From NCBI GenBank assembly GCA_031431875.1, contig JANPEF010000091.1:1-64000 (forward strand): a stretch of DNA of 64,000 nt, written 5' to 3'. A program made the position numbers and the translations under genes. Below are positions 31,540-40,403 of this stretch, piece after piece; the stretch's first letter is position 1; every line of letters starts with the position of its first letter. The stretch comes from Candidatus Eiseniibacteriota bacterium (lineage in GTDB: Bacteria; Eisenbacteria; RBG-16-71-46; DASYSL01). The notes under the pieces were generated by a model that saw only the letters and a list, made by a program, of their open reading frames with translations, searched no databases and had not been told where the DNA came from.

Positions 31540-33015
31540 GTGAAAAAAGACGACGTGCTCGAGCTGACCGTCGATTCCCTCGCCCTGGGGGGCGCCGGGG
31601 TCGGCCGCATCGGCGACTTCGTCGTGTTCGTCGCCGGCGGTTACCCGGGCGAACGGGTGCGGGCCCGGCTGCTGCGCAAGAAGTCGAGCTTCGGCGAGGC
31701 CGCGCTGGTCGAGGTGATGACCGCGGCGCCCGAGCGGGTCGCCCCCCGCTGCGCCCATTTCGGCGATGTGTGCGGCGGGTGCCGGGCGCAGGACCTCGCC
31801 TACCCGGCACAGGTCGCCGCCAAGACGCGCCAGGTTCGCGAAACCCTGGCCCGCCTCGGCGGCCTGCGCGACGTCCCGGTGGCCGACTGCGTCCCCTCGC
31901 CCGAGACCTGGCGCTATCGCAACAAGATGGAGTTCGCGTTCCACCCGGGAGCCGACGGCGCGGTACTCTTGGGACTCCACGTGCGCGAGCGCTTCGACCA
32001 GGTGTTCGACCTGGCCGACTGCACGATCGCATCGGAGCTGACCAACCGCATCGTGGCCGCAACGCGCACGTTTGCCATACGCCACGGCTGGGCGCCGTAC
32101 CATGCGCGGCTGCACACCGGGCTCGTGCGCTTCCTTACCGTGCGCCACCTGCCGACGACCAACCAGGCCGCCGTGAACCTGGTGGTCGCGCGCGACACCG
32201 TGCCTCAGATCGAGCGCTGGGGCGAGGAACTCGCCGGGCTCGATCCGGCGGTGCGGAGCGTCGTCGTCACGGTCAACGATGGGCGCGCCAACATCGCGTT
32301 CGGCGAAAGCTCGCGCGTGGTGTGGGGCGCCTCCACGATCGAGGAGCGCCTGCTGGGGCTGTCGTTCGAGGCGAGCGCCAACTCGTTCCTGCAGACCAAC
32401 AGCCACCAGGCCGAGGCGCTGTACGCCGCCACGCTGGAGGAAGCCGCACTCACCGGGAGCGAGCGCGTGCTCGACGTGTACTGCGGCGCGGGCACGATCT
32501 CGCTCGCGCTGGCGCGCCACGCGGCCGAGGTGGTCGGCATCGAGACCGTCGAACCCGCGGTCGCCGACGCGCGGCGCAACGCGACGCGCAACGGGATCAC
32601 GAACGCGCGCTTCGCCTGTGGCGACGCCCGCGCGGTGCTGCGCGCCTGGTCGCATGCGCGCGCCGGCAAGCGCACGACACCCGAGGCAGCGCGGCTGAAG
32701 GACGCGAAGGCGCCCCTCGACCCCGCCGCCTACGAGCCCTTCGCGCCGGACGTCGTGGTGGTCGACCCGCCGCGCGCGGGACTGCACGAGCGGGTGATCG
32801 AGCGCGTGGCGGAACTTGCGCCAGCGCGGGTGGTCTACGTCTCGTGCAATCCGGCGACACTGGCGCGCGACCTGGCGCACTTCGCCCGCCACGGCTATGC
32901 CACCACCCGGGTGCGCCCCTTCGACATGTTTCCGCACACCCCCCACGTCGAGTGCGTGGCCCGGCTGGACCCGGTCCCCGCTTCGGCGTCGCCTGCCGGG
33001 GAGGCTTCCGCGTGA
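31540..33015 (+). CDS. rlmD: 23S rRNA (uracil-C5)-methyltransferase RlmD family
   Basis: TRAM domain, CAHFGDVCGGC Fe-S motif, YRNKMEF, SFLQTN, LDVYCGAG, VDPPRAG, YVSCNP, DMFPHTPHVE. Confidence 0.93.
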   Translation: MKKDDVLELTVDSLALGGAGVGRIGDFVVFVAGGYPGERVRARLLRKKSSFGEAALVEVMTAAPERVAPRCAHFGDVCGGCRAQDLAYPAQVAAKTRQVRETLARLGGLRDVPVADCVPSPETWRYRNKMEFAFHPGADGAVLLGLHVRERFDQVFDLADCTIASELTNRIVAATRTFAIRHGWAPYHARLHTGLVRFLTVRHLPTTNQAAVNLVVARDTVPQIERWGEELAGLDPAVRSVVVTVNDGRANIAFGESSRVVWGASTIEERLLGLSFEASANSFLQTNSHQAEALYAATLEEAALTGSERVLDVYCGAGTISLALARHAAEVVGIETVEPAVADARRNATRNGITNARFACGDARAVLRAWSHARAGKRTTPEAARLKDAKAPLDPAAYEPFAPDVVVVDPPRAGLHERVIERVAELAPARVVYVSCNPATLARDLAHFARHGYATTRVRPFDMFPHTPHVECVARLDPVPASASPAGEASA

Positions 33016-33608
33016 CACACCCTGAGCCGGGCGCCGTAACCCCGGTAGCTGCGATGGGACCCGAGGTCCTGGAGCGCGTCCGGGTCCGCGACCCCGAGGC
33101 CATGGCGTCGTTCTTCGACCGCTACTTCGGGTTGGTCTATGCCGTGGCCCTGCGGCTGTCGGGCGACCGGGACAGGGCGGAGGACCTGGCCCAGGAGGTG
33201 TTCTACAAGGTGAACCGGGCGGCCCACACGCTCGACCCGGCACGGGACCCGGCGCCCTGGCTGGTCGGCATCACGACGAACGCGTTCCGCGACCGCTGGC
33301 GCTCGACCGCCGGGCGAATCGATCGCCACAGCGCCTCGTTCGACGGCGATCTGGTCCTGCGCGACACGGTCGCGGCGCGCACGCCCGGCCCCGTCGACGA
33401 TTTCGTCACCGGCGAGCGCGAGCGCCGCCTGCGCGAAGCGATCGCGGCGCTGCCCGAGGGACTGCGTACGTTGGTCTCGCTGCACGACTTCGCCGGATGG
33501 GGACACGACCGGATCGCCGAGGCGCTCGGCATCACCCACGATGCCGCGCGCAAGCGGTATTCACGAGCTCTCGCGACGCTCCGCCGCGGACTCGAGGACC
33601 TGGCATGA
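33012..33608 (+). CDS. ECF RNA polymerase sigma factor (copy 1)
   Basis: AEDLAQEVF, PWLVGITTN, region 4 HDRIAEALG..RKRYSRAL; start GTG 33012 or ATG 33054. Confidence 0.9.
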   Translation: MTHPEPGAVTPVAAMGPEVLERVRVRDPEAMASFFDRYFGLVYAVALRLSGDRDRAEDLAQEVFYKVNRAAHTLDPARDPAPWLVGITTNAFRDRWRSTAGRIDRHSASFDGDLVLRDTVAARTPGPVDDFVTGERERRLREAIAALPEGLRTLVSLHDFAGWGHDRIAEALGITHDAARKRYSRALATLRRGLEDLA

Positions 33609-34528
33609 ACGTGAACGACGACTTCGATCCGGACCTGCCGCTTCTGTCGGCCGAGGACGAGGCGCGCCTGCGGGCAGAGCTCGCCGCGCTCGGCACGACG
33701 GGTGACGCCGGCGCGGTGGGTGCGGCGCGCGACGCGTTTCGCGCCGGGCTGCGCGAGCGCTTCGTCGCCGGAACGATGGAGGCGCTGGTGTCCGCACCCC
33801 GCGTTCCCGTGGCGGCGCGGCGACCGCGCGTCCTTCGTCCGTGGGCGGCGGGGCTGGCGGCAGCGGCGCTGCTGGCGATCGCCGTCTTCGCCTGGCTGCC
33901 GCGGCCCGAGTCGCCGCGCGCACCCGCGTGGACGGTGATCGCGGCGACCGCCGACTCCACGGCAGCCGCCGGCGCGGTCGCGCTCATCGACGGCCGCGAG
34001 ATCGCGCTCGCCGCGCTCCCCACGACGACGGTCGCGCCCGGCGCGCGCGTCGAGTTGCCCGCCGGCGTGGCGATGGAACTGCGACTCGCCGGAACGCTTC
34101 TGCTCGAGACCGCCCCCGGCACATGGTTCACCGTGCCCACCGCCGGCGTGGCAAGCCGCGCGAGCGTCGACCATGGTGAGGTGCGTTTCGCCACCGGCCC
34201 GGCGTTCGCGGGCACGCGGTTGACGGTCGAGAGTCCCGAGGCGATCGTCGAGGTGACCGGCACGGCATTCGTCGTCATCGCCGAGCCGCACATGACGTGC
34301 GTGTGCGTGGGCGAGGGCACGGTGCACGTGACGTCGCGCGGCGGCGCGAGCGCCGACTCGGCGCGCGGCCCGACGACCGGGCACGACATCGCGGCGGGCC
34401 ACCGTCGCGAGATCTACCCCGATGGAACGATGTCGGACGAGCTGGACGTGCACGCAAACGAGGCGATGAAGCTGGGGCGGCTCAAGGCGGAGATGGGCGG
34501 CGCGCCGGGGGCAACGGCCAAGCCCTAG
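33605..34528 (+). CDS. FecR-domain anti-sigma factor (copy 1)
   Basis: Overlaps sigma stop; single TM; FecR motif VESPEAIVEVTGTAF..VCVGEGTV. Confidence 0.85.
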   Translation: MNVNDDFDPDLPLLSAEDEARLRAELAALGTTGDAGAVGAARDAFRAGLRERFVAGTMEALVSAPRVPVAARRPRVLRPWAAGLAAAALLAIAVFAWLPRPESPRAPAWTVIAATADSTAAAGAVALIDGREIALAALPTTTVAPGARVELPAGVAMELRLAGTLLLETAPGTWFTVPTAGVASRASVDHGEVRFATGPAFAGTRLTVESPEAIVEVTGTAFVVIAEPHMTCVCVGEGTVHVTSRGGASADSARGPTTGHDIAAGHRREIYPDGTMSDELDVHANEAMKLGRLKAEMGGAPGATAKP

Positions 34529-34557
34529 CGCGCGATCGAGAAGGCTGGCATCGGCCG

Positions 34558-35221
34558 CTACCAGCTCTCAGGCCGGGCTACCGTCGCTCCACCCACGAGT
34601 CTGCACGGATTTGGAAACTGGCACTGTGCGTACTTCTCCTTTGTCGCGCGGATCGTGCTGCTTGCAAGTCCCCTCAAGTCGAAACTGCCGCGGCCGTAGG
34701 GCAAGACGACATGAATCGGAGTGCCGGGAAATCGCAATCGAGCAAGGCGTACGGCTGAGGCGAGATCGCTGTCGGCGCTTACGAGCACGAGTGCGTCGCA
34801 CTGCCGAGTCCACAACAGATCAAGAAGCCGGACGCCGATCGCAACATCGGTCTCTTTTTCCTCGTGCCGTTTGATCTCGACGCCGCAGCTTGGGCAGTAG
34901 ATTCGCTTCTCCTTGAAGTGCCCGAGTTCGACTTGCACACCCGAATCTTCCAAGCATCGGATGTACGCTCGGTGCCGGTCGGTCACTTCAGGCTTCCACG
35001 CCTCGATATGCGTAGCGATCGCGGATGAAGTAGTGGACGGATCCGAGCCGATAGTTTCGGCCGAGGACCGGCAGGAAGGATTGACAGAAGGCCCTGAGGT
35101 CGAGCCACTTGGTGTTCCTGACTCTCGGTCTTCCTTGGGCTTGATCGAGGGAGTGGTACAGGTTGAACCCGTCGACGAGAAACGCGGTTTTCACGTCGTT
35201 CGGACTTGCCTCCGTGCTCAT
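34558..35221 (-). pseudogene. NYN domain (PIN-fold) RNase, frameshifted
   Basis: FLVDGFNLYH ... EEKETDVAI ... LVSADSDL split over two frames; removing one A at ~35026 restores HYFSAIATHIEAWKPEVTDRH. Confidence 0.85.
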
Positions 35222-35274
35222 TGATGCCGATACTCCTTTCATGTCGACTCCGGCCGGGCCCTCGGGCTCGCCGG

Positions 35275-35310
35275 TCCCCCCCGGGTCACGATCCGGGGGG
35301 TTTTTTCTTG
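35275..35310 (+). terminator. Intrinsic terminator on + strand, antisense to the NYN leader
   Basis: CCCCCCGG-GTCACGAT-CCGGGGGG followed by TTTTTTCTT. Confidence 0.7.
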
Positions 35311-35333
35311 CCTGCCCGCTCTCAAGCCCGAGC

Positions 35334-36173
35334 CTACCCGGGCCGCACGCCCTCGGCCCACGCGCTCGCGTACCAGATCGTCGCCTCGGGGCGATCGCGC
35401 CAGCGATCGAAGCCGTCGAGCGCCGCCGCGAACGTCTGCCGATCGAGGTCGCCGGCCTCGCGGATCGCCTCCTCGGCGCCGCGCAGGATCTCGCGGATGT
35501 TGATTGCCAGCGCCTGCAGCTCGTCGTCCCCCGTGCCGGCGCATGCCCCGAACCACAGCCAGCGGTTCTTCACCGGACGCGCACCGGCCTCGTGCAGCAG
35601 CGCGACGAGCCGGCGACCCACGTACGGATCGCAGCCCAGGCGATCGTAGGTGCGCTCGTATGCCGCCCAGATGCGATCGAACCCCGGGGGCTCGGGCCAC
35701 AGGCGCAGCACGGCGTGATCGTCGTCCTCGAGCACGATGCGGCCGCCCGGCCGCACGGCGCGCAGCATCACGCGGACCACGCCGAGCGGATCGGGGACGT
35801 GCTCGAGCAGGAAGCGGGCATGCCCGACGTCGAACGTCCCCCACTCGTCGGTCGCGAGAGGCGGCGCGAGCGAGTTGCCCGGCCGCAGGTCGAACGCCTC
35901 GTCGATCTCGGGCGCTTCGCGCCGGGCCAGGTCGCGCGCGCGTTCGATCTGCGCGGCGCTGCGCTCGACGCCGACGACGTGTGCCGCACCACGGGCGATC
36001 ATGCCGCGCGCCATCTGGCCCAGGCCGGCGCCCAGGTCGAGAACGCGCTCGCCGCCGGCCAGCGCCAGCGCATCGAGTGAGCGCGCGTTGAGCAGCGCAT
36101 TGAGCTTCGCCAGGCGGTCCTGTTCCGCGGCCGCCGTGCCGTGCACGTAACCCGCATCATCGCGGGCGCTCAT
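35334..36173 (-). CDS. Class I SAM-dependent methyltransferase
   Basis: YVHG...EQDRL, VLDLGAGLG, FDVGHARFLLEHVPDP..VRPGG. Confidence 0.9.
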   Translation of the reverse strand: MSARDDAGYVHGTAAAEQDRLAKLNALLNARSLDALALAGGERVLDLGAGLGQMARGMIARGAAHVVGVERSAAQIERARDLARREAPEIDEAFDLRPGNSLAPPLATDEWGTFDVGHARFLLEHVPDPLGVVRVMLRAVRPGGRIVLEDDDHAVLRLWPEPPGFDRIWAAYERTYDRLGCDPYVGRRLVALLHEAGARPVKNRWLWFGACAGTGDDELQALAINIREILRGAEEAIREAGDLDRQTFAAALDGFDRWRDRPEATIWYASAWAEGVRPG

Positions 36174-36610
36174 CGGGCGTCCAGCCAGGTGCGATAGGCC
36201 TGGATCCCGCCGTCGAGCCACGCCACCTCGCGATAGCCCTCGCGCGACAACGATTGCGCCGCCGCCTGCGCCCGCAGGCCGTCCTTGCAATAGAGGAGTA
36301 CCGGGCGGTCGCGGTACGCCGTGATCTCGCCGAGACGCGCCGCGAGCTCGGCGTACGGAATCTGCACCGCGCCGTCGAGGTGACCGAGCGGGTCGTTCCA
36401 TTCCTCGGGCGTGCGCAGGTCGAGCGTGATGCCGCGATCGTTCATCCCGCGCCACAGGTCGACCTCGCTCGCGCGCACCGCCTGCACATAGCCGGGTGCG
36501 GCCGCCGTGGTCGGCGCGGCGACAGGAGCCGGCGCCGGCACGCAGCCGCCGAGCGCGACCAATGCGCCGCCCGCGACGAGGCTCAGCGCCAGGCTTCGAA
36601 AAGACGCCAT
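36170..36610 (-). CDS. Rhodanese-like lipoprotein
   Basis: Lipobox LGGC; LDLRTPEEW..GHLDGA, LYCKDGLRA, LDGGI. Confidence 0.88.
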   Translation of the reverse strand: MASFRSLALSLVAGGALVALGGCVPAPAPVAAPTTAAAPGYVQAVRASEVDLWRGMNDRGITLDLRTPEEWNDPLGHLDGAVQIPYAELAARLGEITAYRDRPVLLYCKDGLRAQAAAQSLSREGYREVAWLDGGIQAYRTWLDAR

Positions 36611-36729
36611 CTCTGGTAGACTCCTTGTCGATCCGGGTCCCGCCACGGGGCCCGTCGTTCCCAAGCATGCCACGGAGCGTCGCGGCGAGCACGCGACATC
36701 CGGCCCCGACTCCCCGCCAGGAGCGACTC

Positions 36730-37560
36730 GTGACCGCACAACTTCGGGCCGCCCGCGCGGCGGCCCTCGTCCCGGCTTTCGGGCTGGCCCTCGGCCTGGT
36801 GCTCTCGTTCGGCCCGGCGATCGTCGGCCCGGCGCGGGCGCAGGCACCCGGCTGGATCTCACGCGACTCGTCGTCGTTCGAGATCTGGCAGGGCGACCTG
36901 CTGCTCGGCACCGAGGAATACCGCGTCTTCCAGGCGGGCGACACCCTGATCATGGGCTCGACACTGCGCCTGCCCGGCGCACGCCCCGACAGCAAGCTGC
37001 CGCTCGAGAAGCGGACGACTTTCCTGCGCCGCGCGCTCGACTCGTATCCGCTCGTCTTCCAGGTGATGGACATCCCGCGCGACACGACGCGGAGCAAGGG
37101 CAGCGCGATCAACGTCACGTTCAGCGACACGACGGCCGTGATCTATCGCGAGATCACGGGCGTGATGGGTCGCGGCGAGGCGATCGGCCTGCCGCCCGGG
37201 CGCATCTACCTGCTCGAGCCGGGCATCTACGCGCAGGTGCAGACGCTGGCCGGCGATTTCCTGGCGACCAAGCAAGCGAAGCGCCGCCAGCCGGTGCTTA
37301 TCCCCTCGGCGCAGCAGGTCGTCGAGCTCACGCTCACCCGCGGGCCGGTCGAGCGCCTGGGCAACGAGGGCCATGTCGTCACCACGACTCGCGTCGACAT
37401 CACCGACAAGCTGACGCAGCTCGTCGCATGGGTCGACGCCGACGGCCGCATGTGGAAGATGGAGGCGCCTGGCCAGGGGCTGCGCGTCGAGCGGGCGGTG
37501 CCGGCAGGCCCGGCCACGAAGCCGGCGACGAAGCAGAAGGCGGGCGCGAAGAAGGGCTGA
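36730..37560 (+). CDS. Hypothetical exported protein
   Basis: GTG after AGGAG, signal peptide ending ARA|QA, beta-rich body. Confidence 0.7.
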   Translation: MTAQLRAARAAALVPAFGLALGLVLSFGPAIVGPARAQAPGWISRDSSSFEIWQGDLLLGTEEYRVFQAGDTLIMGSTLRLPGARPDSKLPLEKRTTFLRRALDSYPLVFQVMDIPRDTTRSKGSAINVTFSDTTAVIYREITGVMGRGEAIGLPPGRIYLLEPGIYAQVQTLAGDFLATKQAKRRQPVLIPSAQQVVELTLTRGPVERLGNEGHVVTTTRVDITDKLTQLVAWVDADGRMWKMEAPGQGLRVERAVPAGPATKPATKQKAGAKKG

Positions 37561-37819
37561 TCGGCGGGGATCCGGGTCCCAGCCGTCGATTTTGAATCAC
37601 ACCTTGCCGGTCCGTTCGTAGGTGGAAACGGAGACACCGCGCCACAGGAAAGGTCTGCAGGTCGCATTCAGGTCCCTGCAATGCGATTCCCCCTGCGAGT
37701 CCCCGGGCAACTCGACCCGCCCTCGCGAGATCGTGCCCCGTTCCGGCGGGCGCGGCGCTCCACGATGCGATACGAACGGCGGCCAATGCCGTGACCTCGT
37801 CGAGGGGACCCCACGCCCG

Positions 37820-38440
37820 ATGGCACAACCCATCAAGGGAATCGTACCTTCGGGCGGCCCCTCGGTGGGCCGGATCGAGCCCCCTCCCCCGGCTCTTCTC
37901 GAGGGAGTGAGGCGGCGCGATCGGGCAGCGCTGTCCTCGTTCTTCGACTGCTACTTCGATCTCGTGCACGGCGTCGCGTACCGCCTGACCGGAGATCGCA
38001 CGGCCGCCGAGGATCTCACGCAGGACGTGTTCTACAAGGTGCAGATGGCGGCCCACACCCTCGATCCGACTCGCGATCCGGCACCGTGGCTGGTGAGCAT
38101 CACGCGCAACGCGCTCTACGATCAGCGCCGCTCGGCGCGCGATCGCCTGGCACGGGCGAGCACGTCGCTCGATGCCGACCCGCTGCTCCGCAATCAGCTG
38201 CGGGGAAGCGCGCCATCGCCTGAGGAATCACTGATACGCCAGAAGCGCGACGCGAGTGTGCAGGCTGCGGTCGCACGGCTGCCTGAATCGCTGCGCGAAG
38301 TGGTCGTCCTGCACACGTTTCTTGGCTGGGGACACGATCGGATCGCCGAGGTGATCGGCGCCAGCCACGCCGCGACGCGCAAACGCTATTCGCGGGCCCT
38401 GACGGTGCTGGCGGACATGCTCGAGGACCTCGACCGATGA
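37820..38440 (+). CDS. ECF RNA polymerase sigma factor (copy 2)
   Basis: AEDLTQDVF, PWLVSITRN, WGHDRIAEVIG..RKRYSRAL; paralog of 33012..33608. Confidence 0.9.
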   Translation: MAQPIKGIVPSGGPSVGRIEPPPPALLEGVRRRDRAALSSFFDCYFDLVHGVAYRLTGDRTAAEDLTQDVFYKVQMAAHTLDPTRDPAPWLVSITRNALYDQRRSARDRLARASTSLDADPLLRNQLRGSAPSPEESLIRQKRDASVQAAVARLPESLREVVVLHTFLGWGHDRIAEVIGASHAATRKRYSRALTVLADMLEDLDR

Positions 38441-39372
38441 GCGACGATTCGGTGCGCCCCGATGATCGCCAACCAGCGGACGCTCCCCCGACGCCCCGTG
38501 AACAGCGGGTCGAGGCGATGGCGCGATCGCTCGCGCCTCCGCCGTCCGATCCGGAGTTTCGGGAGCGGCTGCGCGATCAATTCGCGGGATCGAGGGTCGC
38601 TCCCACCGCGCCGGCGGCACCGCCTCCGCCCGGGCGCTCCCGGAGCGCCATGCTGCGACCCCGTTTCTCGCGCCGACGCTCGATTCTCGCGCTCGCCGGC
38701 GCGCTGGCCGCGGGCATCGCGATCGTCGCCCTGCTGCGTTTCAATGGTCGCCTGCACGAACCCGGGGTGATCGAGAACGCGTCGCCGGTCGCCTACGACA
38801 CGGCACCGGGCGAGCTGACGGATGATGGATTGCTGCTCGTCGATGGGCTCGAGGTCGCGGTGGCGGACGTCCGTGCCGGGCGTAGGCGAATCCTTGCCGG
38901 GCAGGACGTCGAACTGCGTGGAACGCTGCCGCTCGAACTCGTCTGGGATGACGTGCTCGCAATCGAACTCGTTCCCGGTTCACGCTGCACCCTTCCGGGA
39001 GGCACAGGCGGTGCGGGTGACGAATCGGCGACGGAGTTGCACGGCCACATCGCCCGCGGCGAGGTGCGCATCGTGACCGGCCCGGGCTTCAGCGGACGGA
39101 CGTTGACCATCGAGAGCGACGACGCGAGCGTCCACGTCGTCGGCACGACGTTTGCCGTGATCCGCGACTCCGCCGGCACATGCGTCTGCGTGGAGGACGG
39201 CGTGACGCAAATCCGCTCGCGCGAAGGAAACCAGGGCGGGCGGGTCGTCGCCGGACGGCGGCTGCAGCTCTTCGACGACTTCCGCCCGCCCGTCGACAGC
39301 CCGATCCGCCCCGAGGAAGCGATGAAACTCGGTATGCTGCGCGATCGCGCCGGAAGCCGCTTCGTTCCCTGA
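38437..39372 (+). CDS. FecR-domain anti-sigma factor (copy 2)
   Basis: ATGA overlap; TM helix; IESDDASVHVVGTTF..VCVEDG. Confidence 0.85.
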   Translation: MSDDSVRPDDRQPADAPPTPREQRVEAMARSLAPPPSDPEFRERLRDQFAGSRVAPTAPAAPPPPGRSRSAMLRPRFSRRRSILALAGALAAGIAIVALLRFNGRLHEPGVIENASPVAYDTAPGELTDDGLLLVDGLEVAVADVRAGRRRILAGQDVELRGTLPLELVWDDVLAIELVPGSRCTLPGGTGGAGDESATELHGHIARGEVRIVTGPGFSGRTLTIESDDASVHVVGTTFAVIRDSAGTCVCVEDGVTQIRSREGNQGGRVVAGRRLQLFDDFRPPVDSPIRPEEAMKLGMLRDRAGSRFVP

Positions 39373-39492
39373 AGTCACAAGCCCTCGTGCAGTTTCGTAT
39401 TCCCATGTGCGGCCGCGCTTCCTGCCCGTCGCTTCCCGACGGGCCCCGTCCAGCTCATCGCTTTCGCACTTCCACTTGGAAGGGGATTTCCC

Positions 39493-40314
39493 ATGCTCCG
39501 CTCGCACGCCGTCACCGCACGCTCGTCCATCGCAGCGCCGGCAAGCCTGTTCGCCGGTCTCGTGCTCACGCTATTCGCAGCTGCTCCCGCCGAACCCGCA
39601 GCGACCGTCACCCCAATCACCGGGCCGACCGTGATCAGCGAACCGGGTGACTACGTGGTGACCTCGGACTTCACCGTCACGGATCCCGCAGGCGATGCCA
39701 TCGTCATCCGGGCGAGCAACGTCCGGCTCTCGCTGGGCGGCCGGACGATCACCGGCCCGGGCAACAAGCAGGGCCGCGGCATCGTCCTCGAGGGCGCCAC
39801 CAACGTGAGCGTCGAGGGCGGGTCCGTGCGCACGTTCGGGATCGGGATCGCCCTGATCGGCACGCGCCGGTCGAGTGTCTCCAACGTGGCGGTCGAGGGC
39901 GCGGACGAGTTCGCCGATCCGCCGGCGATCGCGCCGCAGATCGGTGTGCTGCTCGTCAACTCCGCGATGAACACGATCCGCGGCAATCGGCTGGAGCGCG
40001 TCAACCTGGGCATTTTCGTCCGCGGGGCGCAGAGCTACGAGAACCGCATCCAGCAGAATGCGGCGACAGCGGGATTCAACGGCCTGCTCGGAATCTGCTA
40101 CAACCCCGCCGCGGGGGAGGGCGCCGTCGGGCCGCAGCGCGACCAGGTGCAGCAGAACACGATCGACGGTTTCCCCAAGGGAATCCAGGCCAGCGACGAA
40201 TCGACGAACAATCGCTTCGTGGCCAATGTCATCCGCTTCACCGATGTTGCCTACGAGGATCGCAACGGCTCGAATCAATTCGTCGGCAATCGCTCGACGG
40301 ATCTCACGCCGTAG
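39493..40314 (+). CDS. Secreted right-handed parallel beta-helix protein (NosD/pectin-lyase-like)
   Basis: Signal peptide; ISEPGDYVVTSD, AIVIRASNVRLSLGG, Asn-ladder repeats. Confidence 0.8.
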   Translation: MLRSHAVTARSSIAAPASLFAGLVLTLFAAAPAEPAATVTPITGPTVISEPGDYVVTSDFTVTDPAGDAIVIRASNVRLSLGGRTITGPGNKQGRGIVLEGATNVSVEGGSVRTFGIGIALIGTRRSSVSNVAVEGADEFADPPAIAPQIGVLLVNSAMNTIRGNRLERVNLGIFVRGAQSYENRIQQNAATAGFNGLLGICYNPAAGEGAVGPQRDQVQQNTIDGFPKGIQASDESTNNRFVANVIRFTDVAYEDRNGSNQFVGNRSTDLTP

Positions 40315-40346
40315 GCAACGGACTTCGCCCGGACGCGAAATGGAGA

Positions 40347-40385
40347 CGGCGGCGGCGCTCCGGGTGGAGCCGCCGCCGCCGTTTC
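40347..40385. terminator. Hairpin between convergent genes
   Basis: GGCGGCGGCGCTCC-GGGT-GGAGCCGCCGCCGCC followed by GTTT. Confidence 0.5.
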
Positions 40386-40403
40386 GCCCTTTCGACGCGG
40401 GCC

